From Candidatus Binatus sp. (GTDB taxonomy: Bacteria > Desulfobacterota > Binatia > Binatales > Binataceae): a stretch of 64,000 bases of DNA. Location: contig JBEKLS010000002.1 of assembly GCA_050010075.1 (NCBI GenBank), forward strand, positions 3,501 to 67,500. Reading direction: 5' to 3'. The translations under genes were made by a program, and so were the position numbers. The number at the start of each line of letters is the position of its first letter. The first letter of the stretch is position 1. The notes beneath the pieces were generated by a model. It made no database searches and was not told the origin of the DNA. It saw nothing but the letters and a program-made list of their open reading frames with translations. Below are positions 1 through 8,400 of this stretch, piece after piece.

Positions 1-622
1 AGCCTTCCTTGAGCGGCGCGTCATAGAGGTCCCATCGCTCGGGATTCATCCAGACCGGGATCACACCGTCGGCAATTTCGGCCGCGAGCGCGATTCCCTT
101 GGGGCTGATCGACGCGGTGTAAATCGGCATCTCCTTGCGCCCGTGCAGGATGCTCTTCAGCGGCTTGCCGAGGCCCGACGCGCCCGGACCGGTGTACGGG
201 ATGTCGAATTCCTTGCCGTGATGCTCGACCGGTACTTCGCGCGCGAGAATCGTGCGCACGATCTCGATGTACTCGCGAGTGCGCTGCAGCGGTTTGCCGT
301 ACGACACGCCGTGCCAGCCTTCGACCACCTGCGGACCCGACGGGCCGATGCCGAGAATGAAGCGGCCTCCCGACAGCGCGTCGATCGTCATCGCGGTCAT
401 CGCGGTGGCGGCGGGAGTTCGCGCCGGCATCTGCATGATACCGGTGCCGAGTTTGATCTTTTTAGTCAGCGCGCCGATCCATGCCAGCGGCGTGATCGCG
501 TCGGAGCCGTACGCCTCGGCGGTCCACACCGAGTCGAAGCCCACGCGTTCCGCCTCGAGGATCGTATCCATCGGCAAGCCCATCTGCGCGCCCGAATAAC
601 CGGACAGTAAACCTAATCGCAT
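1..622 (-). CDS. LLM-class (luciferase-like) F420-dependent oxidoreductase, C-terminus beyond window edge
   Basis: Absent from the ORF track because it is open at the window edge. Reverse-strand translation from the ATG at 620..622 reads [111 protein letters not shown]... and runs to position 1 with no stop. This is a typical LLM N-terminal TIM-barrel sequence. The + strand ORFs 143..610 and 252..599 are antisense artefacts. Confidence 0.8.
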   Translation of the reverse strand, partial: MRLGLLSGYSGAQMGLPMDTILEAERVGFDSVWTAEAYGSDAITPLAWIGALTKKIKLGTGIMQMPARTPAATAMTAMTIDALSGGRFILGIGPSGPQVVEGWHGVSYGKPLQRTREYIEIVRTILAREVPVEHHGKEFDIPYTGPGASGLGKPLKSILHGRKEMPIYTASISPKGIALAAEIADGVIPVWMNPERWDLYDAPLKEG

Positions 623-673
623 CGAAAATTCCTCCGTCGCGGAAACGTCCGCGTCGCGTTGTCAAAGTTGCGC

Positions 674-705
674 AAAAAAAAGCCCCACGGCGCACCGCGG
701 GGCTT
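674..705 (-). terminator. Rho-independent terminator downstream of rpmA
   Basis: The minus-strand RNA reads GAAGCCCCGCGGUGCGCCGUGGGGCUUUUUUUU about 28 nt after the rpmA stop. It is a GC-rich hairpin (AGCCCCgCGG / CCGuGGGGCU) followed by a U8 tract. Confidence 0.65.
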
Positions 706-732
706 CGATTCGATCTTGCGGGATGACGGTCC

Positions 733-1017
733 CTATGCAGACGCCCCTGCGGTCTCGGTGCCGGCGGGGAGCGGCTCGACGCTCACTTGCCGCTTCTCAC
801 CCTTCGGCTCGTACTTAACCACACCGTCGATGAGCGCGTAAATCGTATAGTCGCGGCCGAGACCGACGTTGCGGCCCGGATGCACGCGAGTGCCGAGCTG
901 GCGGATGATGATATTGCCGGCCTTGACGGTCTGGCCCGCGTAGATCTTAATCCCACGCCGCTGGCCCGGACTGTCGCGGCCGTTGCGCGTCGAACCCTGG
1001 CCTTTTTTGTGCGCCAC
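733..1017 (-). CDS. rpmA: 50S ribosomal protein L27
   Basis: 94 aa. The N-terminus [29 protein letters not shown] is the canonical bL27 sequence. It lies directly downstream of rplU. Confidence 0.97.
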   Translation of the reverse strand: MAHKKGQGSTRNGRDSPGQRRGIKIYAGQTVKAGNIIIRQLGTRVHPGRNVGLGRDYTIYALIDGVVKYEPKGEKRQVSVEPLPAGTETAGASA

Positions 1018-1080
1018 GCAGTGTCTCCCTGGATGAGCGGCCTTCGGGGCCGCAGTTCAAATAAAATTCGCGCGCGGCAG

Positions 1081-1395
1081 TTAAGCGCCGGCTGAAATTT
1101 CCTCGATTTTAAGAACGGTAAGTTCCTGGCGATGGCCGCGCTTGCGGCGATAATTCTTGCGGCGCTTCTTCTTGAACACGATTATCTTCGTGCCGCGCGG
1201 CTGCTGAACTATTTTCGCCGTCACCGACGCGCCCGCGACCACCGGAGTGCCGACCCGGGGCGCTTCGCCGCCGACCGCCAGCACCTGGTCAAGAGAGATT
1301 GCCGCGCCCACGTCGCCTTCGAGCCGCTCGACCGTAATCTGGTCGCCGACGCCGACGCGGTACTGTTTTCCGCCTGTCTTTACTATTGCAAACAT
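1081..1395 (-). CDS. rplU: 50S ribosomal protein L21
   Basis: 104 aa. [25 protein letters not shown]... is canonical bL21. Gene order matches the conserved rplU-rpmA arrangement. Confidence 0.97.
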   Translation of the reverse strand: MFAIVKTGGKQYRVGVGDQITVERLEGDVGAAISLDQVLAVGGEAPRVGTPVVAGASVTAKIVQQPRGTKIIVFKKKRRKNYRRKRGHRQELTVLKIEEISAGA

Positions 1396-1415
1396 CGCTT
1401 ATGTCGAACCGACAC

Positions 1416-1443
1416 AATTATCGGACGCGGTCAGCCCTGTCAA
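1416..1443 (-). promoter_or_regulatory. candidate sigma70-type promoter of rplU-rpmA
   Basis: The minus strand reads TTGACA (rc of 1438..1443), a 16-17 nt spacer, then ATAATT/TAATTG (rc of 1416..1421). It ends about 20 nt upstream of the rplU ATG. This is a motif match only. Confidence 0.35.
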
Positions 1444-1490
1444 CGCGTCGCAGAATTCTTAGGTTCGTTCCGTAATTTTTATTTTTTCGA

Positions 1491-2030
1491 TTAGTCGATT
1501 CCCAGCCGTTCGCGGCCTTCGGGGGAGATCATTTGCGGCGTCCATGGCGGATCCCAGACCAGATCGACGTCGGCCTCCGAAACTCCCGGCAGGCTCATGA
1601 TCTTGTGGCGCGCGTCAGTTGCGATCGACGCGCCCATGCCGCAGCCCTGCGCCGTCAGCGTCATCTTCACTTCGACTTTCCTGGTGCCGTCGTCGGCGTC
1701 CTTCACTTCCATTCCGTAGACGAGGCCGAGGTCGACGATGTTTACGGGGATTTCAGGATCGAAGCAGGTCTTGAGCTGCTCCCAGACCATCGCCTCGAGG
1801 TCGCCGCCGCCTGAGGCCGACACGACGCCCGCGTCTTCGGGCGTTTTGCCGAGCGCATCGGCGTCCTTGCCGGCCACGCGGAACAAGCCGCCGTAAGCGG
1901 GAATCTGGAGCGTGAAAGTTCCACCGAGCGACTGCGTGATAAATGCTTCGATGCCTTTCTCAAGCGTCATCTTATTTCCGGCAGGGACCTGGACGCCTTC
2001 GCATTCGCGGGTGAGTTCTACGCGTTCCAT
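1491..2030 (-). CDS. sufT: putative Fe-S cluster assembly protein SufT (DUF59 family)
   Basis: 179 aa. The N-terminal half (VELTRECEGVQVPAGNKMTLEKGIEAFITQSLGGTFTL...FRVAGKDADALG) and the C-terminal DUF59/MIP18 core (CFDPEIPVNIVDLGLVY...MTLTAQGCGMG...VWDPPWTPQMIS) match the SufT architecture. Confidence 0.8.
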   Translation of the reverse strand: MERVELTRECEGVQVPAGNKMTLEKGIEAFITQSLGGTFTLQIPAYGGLFRVAGKDADALGKTPEDAGVVSASGGGDLEAMVWEQLKTCFDPEIPVNIVDLGLVYGMEVKDADDGTRKVEVKMTLTAQGCGMGASIATDARHKIMSLPGVSEADVDLVWDPPWTPQMISPEGRERLGID

Positions 2031-2139
2031 ACGGCAAATACCTTCCTTCTCAGACCCACCATCTTATCGCGATGATCAAGCATGGGCTATAGGCATCGCG
2101 ACAAGCCGCAAGCCAGCGACGAAATATTGAGCGCTCGGG

Positions 2140-2622
2140 CTAGTCCTCCAATTTGAACGAGCCTGTCCCGTCTTTCTTGCCCTGTTTTCCGCAGTTACTA
2201 AACTTGGCGCTTCCGGAAATGATTTCGACGCCGTCATGAAGGCTGCCGCTCAACTTGATTACGCAGCTGGGCCCGCCGATCTCGAAGGTCAGCGAGAGTT
2301 TCACCTTGCCTTTGGCGGTGACACTTCCGATGAAGGGCCCCATATCAATGTCCTCGAGCGACCAGTCGCCACTCAGCGCTCCCCCCGATTGATCGAGATC
2401 CAGGGCTGCAGAATCCTTTACGTGGAGGAACTCGATATCGCCTTCGTACAGGTCAGACAGAGTCGGGATCGTCTTCGACTCAGGTTGGGTCGCATCCTGT
2501 TGCGCTTGTGCGTTCCATGGGAAGATCTGCTCGTCGTCCTGGGCGTGTAGGTTGGAGGCCGGGACGGCAAGCAATCCGACCAGCGCCGCGATTACTCCAA
2601 TTGCTGTCGTGTTGCGATTCAT
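2140..2622 (-). CDS. small secreted protein, paralog A (unknown function)
   Basis: I start the gene at the ATG at 2622 (MNRNTTAIGVIAALVGLLAVPASNLHAQDDE), which follows a GGAG Shine-Dalgarno motif (caggagtatcgaaATG), rather than at the upstream ORF start 2760. It has a signal peptide. Its length and motifs (AQDDE, PTLS, DIEF, KxKLSLT, IKLSG, NCGKxGKKxGxGSF) match the gene at 2904..3389. Confidence 0.7.
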   Translation of the reverse strand: MNRNTTAIGVIAALVGLLAVPASNLHAQDDEQIFPWNAQAQQDATQPESKTIPTLSDLYEGDIEFLHVKDSAALDLDQSGGALSGDWSLEDIDMGPFIGSVTAKGKVKLSLTFEIGGPSCVIKLSGSLHDGVEIISGSAKFSNCGKQGKKDGTGSFKLED

Positions 2623-2903
2623 TTCGATACTCCTGCAGGGGATTGGCTGTAGCTCTACAGAGCGCAGCGCCCAACGCATACTGCTTCTCGTCCCACCGCA
2701 GTTCAAGCTCAGATTCACCGATCCCGCCATTGGCGGCGGAAGCTGATCACGGGCGCGCACTATTCATGTAGGCAGCATCGCAGGCGCTTTTGCCGGATCG
2801 GCGAGACGCTTCAGTTGTGCCGTGACGTAGCGCGCGAGTTCGTCGGTCGGGTTGGGCAGATCGGCCTCGCCAGGTGACGGAGAAGTCAGAGTTTGAGGCC
2901 GCG

Positions 2904-3389
2904 TTATCCGTCCTGGAGATCGAACGAGCCTTTCCCCAGTTTTTTGCCCGCTTTCCCGCAATTATGCATTCTAGCGCTCCCCATCATGATATTGATGCCG
3001 TCGACAACCTTGCCGCTCAACTTGATTTTGCACTTGGCACCGCCGCTCAGATAGGTGAGCGAGAACTTGACCTTGTTATTGGCTGCGACGCTTCCGGTGA
3101 ACGCCCCCTGGTCCTCGAGGTCGAAGGTCCAGGTGCCGCTCAATTTTCCCTTCACCTGATCGATACTCACGCTGGCGCTGATCGGCTCATCGGCGAATTC
3201 AATGTCGCCGGCGTAGTACGTAGACAGAGTCGGGATCTGTTTTTTGGAATCAGGCTGGGTGGCATCCGCTTGCGATTGTGCGATCCACGGATTGGCCAGC
3301 TCGTCGTCCTGCGCATGGGCAAGAGCAGCCGGGATAAAGGCGAGCACAACGAGGGCGGCAAGAATTCCGAAAATCGCGATCCTTTTCAT
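2904..3389 (-). CDS. small secreted protein, paralog B (unknown function)
   Basis: 161 aa. Signal peptide MKRIAIFGILAALVVLAFIPAALAHA, preceded by a GGAGGG Shine-Dalgarno motif (ggagggatcgaaATG). Collinear similarity to 2140..2622. Confidence 0.75.
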   Translation of the reverse strand: MKRIAIFGILAALVVLAFIPAALAHAQDDELANPWIAQSQADATQPDSKKQIPTLSTYYAGDIEFADEPISASVSIDQVKGKLSGTWTFDLEDQGAFTGSVAANNKVKFSLTYLSGGAKCKIKLSGKVVDGINIMMGSARMHNCGKAGKKLGKGSFDLQDG

Positions 3390-3516
3390 TTCGATCCCTC
3401 CTGCCCCCCGCGTGGCCGGCTAGAATCGCCTATAGGCTCGCTTAGTTCAACACCTCGGAGCGGTCTGACGGTGCAAGTCGATTGATCGGATTCGATCCCG
3501 GTTTTTTCGGCGGACG

Positions 3517-5451
3517 TTGCGGCTGCGCGGCGCTCCTGCTAAAGCGAAGAAAGGACGAAGGGGCAGGCAGGTGGAAGAAGCGGTCATACCGGGCGCGAAT
3601 CAGCGCCATTTCGGCGTTTCGGCCAAGCAGAAGCTTTATGAATTCCTGTGCTCGCGGCCAGCGGGCGCCGATGCGGGCGAGCTGATTGGATTGCTGCTGA
3701 GCGGGGTTGGTTCGGATCCCGAACTCGGTGCGCGGCTTGTTCGTCAACTGCTCGACGACGATCCCAATTTCATTTTCGATGCCGATACGGCGCAATGGCG
3801 GCTGGCGCAGAGCGATCGGCTGCGGGTCGCGCTCGATCAGGCCGAGTTCACGGTGGTCGATCTGGAAACGACGGGCGGCCGCGCGGGGCCGGGCACGATC
3901 ATCGAGATCGGCGCCTACCGAATGGTTGGTAAGCGGCTCACCGAAACTTTCTCGAAGCTGGTGCGGCCGCAGGGCGGCGTGGTGCCGCGCTTCATCACGG
4001 GGCTCACGTCCATAACGACCGAGATGATTCGCGGGGCGCCGCCTATCGAGCAGGTGCTGCCGGCGTTTCGCGAGTTCATCGGCGACCGCGTGATGGTCGC
4101 GCACAACGCGGCCTTCGACTTCGGGTTTCTCGACTTCGAATACCGGCGCATCTTTGGAATCGGCCTCGCCAATCCGGTGTTGTGCACGCTGCGGATGTCG
4201 CGCCGGTTCATGCCGTCGCTCAAGCGCCGGCGGCTCGACCTGCTCGCAGAGCACTTCGGACTTTCGATCGAAGGGCGGCATCGCGGTCTCGGCGACGCGC
4301 GGATGGCGGCCGAGCTGCTCTCGATTTTTCTCGAGATGGCGGAGCGGATGGGAATCACGCGGCTCGATCGCCTGCTCGACGACCATCATCGCGGACTTGC
4401 GGGCCGGAGGATCGAGCGTCACGTGCCGCCCGAAGAGATCGCGGCGCTGCCGCATGCGCCCGGCGTCTACCTGATGCGCAACGAGCGCGGCGATTTGCTC
4501 TACATCGGGAAGGCGCGGCGGCTCCGGGAGCGGGTAAGCTCATACTTCACGGCGTCGGTGAAGGCGAGGACGGCGGAGCTGATATCGCACGTTTACAAAA
4601 TCGAGACGCGGCCGGCGCGATCGCCGCTGGAGGCGGCGCTGGACGAGGCGCGGCTGATTCGCGAGCTGAAGCCGCCGTACAACAGGATGCTGAAGTCGGC
4701 TGCGCCCGCGTACTTCATCAAGGTCGACCTGATGGACGAGTTTCCGCGCGTGACGATTTCGACAAAGATGAGCGCGCGGCGCGGCGTGATGCATCTGGGG
4801 CCGTTCATCGGGCGGCGCGGCATCGAGCATTCGGTGCGCGCGCTGTCGAGAATCCTCGGGCTGCGCACTTGCGGCGGCAAGCTGGCGCCGCGCGAGGATT
4901 TTTCGCCATGCATTTACGGGCAGATGGGGCATTGCACGGCGCCGTGCAACGTCAGCATCGGCGAGGAGCGGTACGCGGAGCGAGTTCGGCGCGCGGTCGG
5001 ATTTCTGCGCGGGCGCAGCGGTCCGCTGCTGGGTGAGCTGGCGCGGGCGCGCGACCAGGCGGCGGCCGCGATGCGCTTCGAGGAGGCGGCGCGCTTTCGG
5101 CATCACCTGGAGGCGCTGACCACGCTGGCCCATCGCGCGACCCGTCTGAGTGAGGTCGTGACGGAGAACAATCTCGTGATCGTGACAGGCGAAGAGGCCG
5201 AGCGGGCGGCGCATGTGGTGCTGTCGGGACGGCTGGCGCTCACGCGGCGGCTGGAGAGTGACGAAGCCGCGGCCGAGACGGCCGCGTTCGTCGCGGAAAA
5301 CTACGAGCGATACAAGTTGAAGGCGGTCGTGCGCGGCGAGCTCGAAGAGATGACGATCGTCGCGCGATGGCTCCGGGAGCGCACGTCCGACGAGGGACGC
5401 CTCATCTACCTGAACGGGCCAAGGCTGGATCCCGCCGCGTTGTCCGGCTGA
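3517..5451 (+). CDS. DEDD (DnaQ-like) 3'-5' exonuclease fused to a GIY-YIG/UvrC-like nuclease domain
   Basis: 644 aa. Exo motifs VVDLETTGG, VAHNAAFDFGFL and HRGLGDA. GIY-YIG motif PGVYLMRNERGDLLYIGKARRLRERVSSYF...RLIRELKPPYN. Cys cluster CIYGQMGHCTAPC. Same architecture and size as the mycobacterial Rv2191-type proteins. The start codon is not verified. Confidence 0.85.
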   Translation: MRLRGAPAKAKKGRRGRQVEEAVIPGANQRHFGVSAKQKLYEFLCSRPAGADAGELIGLLLSGVGSDPELGARLVRQLLDDDPNFIFDADTAQWRLAQSDRLRVALDQAEFTVVDLETTGGRAGPGTIIEIGAYRMVGKRLTETFSKLVRPQGGVVPRFITGLTSITTEMIRGAPPIEQVLPAFREFIGDRVMVAHNAAFDFGFLDFEYRRIFGIGLANPVLCTLRMSRRFMPSLKRRRLDLLAEHFGLSIEGRHRGLGDARMAAELLSIFLEMAERMGITRLDRLLDDHHRGLAGRRIERHVPPEEIAALPHAPGVYLMRNERGDLLYIGKARRLRERVSSYFTASVKARTAELISHVYKIETRPARSPLEAALDEARLIRELKPPYNRMLKSAAPAYFIKVDLMDEFPRVTISTKMSARRGVMHLGPFIGRRGIEHSVRALSRILGLRTCGGKLAPREDFSPCIYGQMGHCTAPCNVSIGEERYAERVRRAVGFLRGRSGPLLGELARARDQAAAAMRFEEAARFRHHLEALTTLAHRATRLSEVVTENNLVIVTGEEAERAAHVVLSGRLALTRRLESDEAAAETAAFVAENYERYKLKAVVRGELEEMTIVARWLRERTSDEGRLIYLNGPRLDPAALSG

Positions 5452-5457
5452 ACTCTA

Positions 5458-8400
5458 TCACTTCCCCTTTTTTTTCCGCCCAGCGCCCTGGCCGACAAGA
5501 GTGACGGTAGCCAGATGATTCGCCGCATTGCTTCGGACGGTCAGGGAGCCGTTGCGCTGGCCGAAGTCGGTCGGCGTGAAGCGGACGGTGATTGTGCAGC
5601 TGGCATTGGGGGCGATGGTCGCGCCGCAGTCGGTCACCATTGAGAAGTCACCGGCGATGACGATGCTCGAGATGACGACTGTCACGCTGTCGCTCCGATT
5701 CAACGCGGTCACGATCTTTGCGCCGCTGGTCTTGCCCTTAGCGAAATTCACTTTGCCGAAGTCCATACGAACCGGCGTAAGACTCAGCATCGCGGGCAGC
5801 GGCGATGCCGTCGGAGTGGCGGTAGGACTTAACGTCGCAGTGGCCGTCGCCGAGGCGGTTGAAGTCGCAGTCGGAGTCGCGGTGGCCGTGGCAGTCTGAG
5901 TTGCCGTAGGCGTGGCGGTGCCAGTTGCGGTCGCGGTTGGCGTATCGGTTGCGGTTGCCGAGCTGGTCGCGGTCGCGGTCGCAGTCGGAGTTGCAGTGGC
6001 CGTGGCAGTATCGGTCGCGCTCGAGGTTGAGGTCGCAGTCGGCGTCGCCGTTACCGTGGCAGTTGGCGTATCGGTCGCCGTGGCCGTCGAGGTCGGTGTG
6101 CCGGTGCTGGTCGCAGTCTCAGTTGCGGTCGCGGTCGGCGTCGCAGTAGTGGTCGCAGTAACCGTCGGCGTTGCGGTCGTCGTGCCAGTCGCCGTTGCCG
6201 TGGCAGTCTCAGAGACCGTGGCAGACGCGGTGCTGGTCGCAGTCTGAGTCGCCGTGGCAGTGCTGGTCGCGGTGGGAGTCGCGCTTCCGGTGGCGGTTGT
6301 AGTCGCGGTGCCGGTCGGCGTCGCCGATACCGTACTGGTCGCGGTCGCTGTGGCGGTCGGCGTGCCAGTGGCAGTTGGACTTGTCGTCGCCGTGGCGGTT
6401 GAGGTCGGCGTGGCGGTGCCGGTCGCGGTCGGGGTCATGGTCGCGGTGGCGGAGACTGTCGGAGTCGCCGTGGCAGTGCTGGTCGCGGTGGGAGTCGCGC
6501 TTCCGGTGGCGGTTGTAGTCGCGGTGCCGGTCGGCGTCGCCGATCCCGTACTGGTCGCGGTCGCTGTGGCGGTCGGCGTGCCAGTGGCAGTTGGACTTGT
6601 CGTCGCCGTGGCGGTTGAGGTCGGCGTGGCGGTGCCGGTCGCAGTCGGAGTCATCGTCGCGGTGACCGTGGGCGTCGCGGTCGCGGTGGCGGAGACTGTC
6701 GGAGTCGCGGTCGCGGTTGCAGTGTCAGTTGGGGTCGCGGTGACCGTCGACGTCTGAGTGGCTGTCGCCGTCGCAGTATCAGTCGCGGTCGACGTTGCAC
6801 TCGCAGTAACCGTCGGAGTTGCCGTCGCCGTGGCAGTTGCGGTGGCAGATGGCGTAGTGGTCGCGGTGGCCGTGGCGGTCTGAGTTGCCGTCGCTGTGGC
6901 CGTATCGGTCGCGCTTGACGTTGCAGTGACCGTCGGCGTTGCCGTCGCGGTGTCGGTCGCGGTCACGGTCGGCGTTGAACTGGCAGTAGCGGTCTGAGTT
7001 GCCGTCGCCGTCGCAGTGCCGGTCGCGGTTGACGTTGCGGTGACCGTCGGAGTTGCCGTCGCAGTCTGAGTTGCGGTCGCCGATGGCGTATCGGTCGCAG
7101 TGGCCGTGGCGGTTTGAGTTGCCGTCGCCGTTGCAGTGTCGGTCGCGGTCACGGTCGGCGTTGAAGTGGCGCTGGCGGTATCGGTTGCGGTCACAGTCGG
7201 CGTTTCAGTTGCGGTCACAGTCGCCGTCGCGGTTGCAGTGCCAGTCGCGGTTGCGGATGGCGTATCGGTCGCGGTGGCCGTGGCAGTCTGAGTTACCGTC
7301 GCCGTCGCAGTATCAGTCGCGGTGGCGGTGACTGTTGGAGTTACGGTCGCGGTTGCGGTGTCAGTTGCGGTTGCAGATGGCGTATCGGTCGCAGTGGCAG
7401 TTTGAGTAGCCGTCGCGGTGGCCGTTTCAGTTGCAGTCACGGTTGGCGTATCAGTTGCGCTCGCGGTTGGCGTATCTGTCGCCGTTGCTGTTGGGGTGTC
7501 GGTCGGCGTGTCGGTGGCGGTCGCCGTGTCGGTTGCGGTTGCGGTGGGCGTGACGCTTGCGGTGGCGGTCGCGGTCGGCGTTGCAGTTGGAAACGTCGGC
7601 GCGAAGTACAGCAGTACGCGATTGTTGTTTTCGTCAGCGGCGTACAGGTTGCCGCCCGAGTCCATTGCGACGCCACCCGGGAAGCACAAGCCGACTGAGC
7701 TGGGCGCCGGGTTTCCGGGGCCGGAATCGGCGCAGGCGTTGTCGATGAAATCTTGCTCGTCGGTCCCCTGTCCGAAGACTTCGTTGGCGGTGACGTTGGA
7801 GTTAGCGATGACCTGGCTGTACTCGAGCACGCGATTGTTGGCCTGGTCGGAGACTATCAGGTCTCCCAAAGCGTCGAGGCTGACGCCGGCGGGCGAGCAT
7901 AGTGAGACCGCGTCGCCGCTGCCACATGCGCTGGCGGTGAAATTGGAGCCGGTGCCGTCCTGGCCGAAGACCAGATCCGCGGTCGTGTCGCCGCTGCCGG
8001 GCGCGCCGCCGACCGCGAGCGGACTAAAATAGGCGAGCACGCGATTGTTCTCCGAGTCGGAGGCGAACAGGTCGCCGGCCGAGTCGGTAACCAGACCGCG
8101 CGGATAGAATAGCGTGTCCGCGCTGACATCGTTGTCGTCGTTGATGTCGCCAGTTGTGTAACTGCCGCCCTGTCCGAAAACCATGTCGGCAATGGTGTCG
8201 CTGGGGTTGAACTCGAGTATCCGGCTGTTATGCGTATCCGCTATGTAGAGGTCGCCGAGCGTGTCGACGGTCAAACCTTCGGGGAAGCATAGCGACATGC
8301 CGTTGGGGGTGTCCGAACCGAAGTTGCACAAGGTGCTGGTGAAACTGCCACCTTGTCCCCACACCTGAGTGGCGCTCTCTCCGAATTCCGGCGGGCCGGT

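Noticed and set aside
3442-4455. 337-aa minus-strand ORF
   Set aside because: It lies entirely antisense to the exonuclease/GIY-YIG gene, which has clear catalytic motifs. It is Arg/Pro/Glu-rich with no recognisable domain. This is a typical high-GC shadow ORF.
5912-8032. Several Val/Ala-rich plus-strand ORFs (5912..6247, 6254..6757, 7418..8032)
   Set aside because: They are mirror-image translations of the Thr/Ala linker codons of the NHL gene. They have no start context and no domain.
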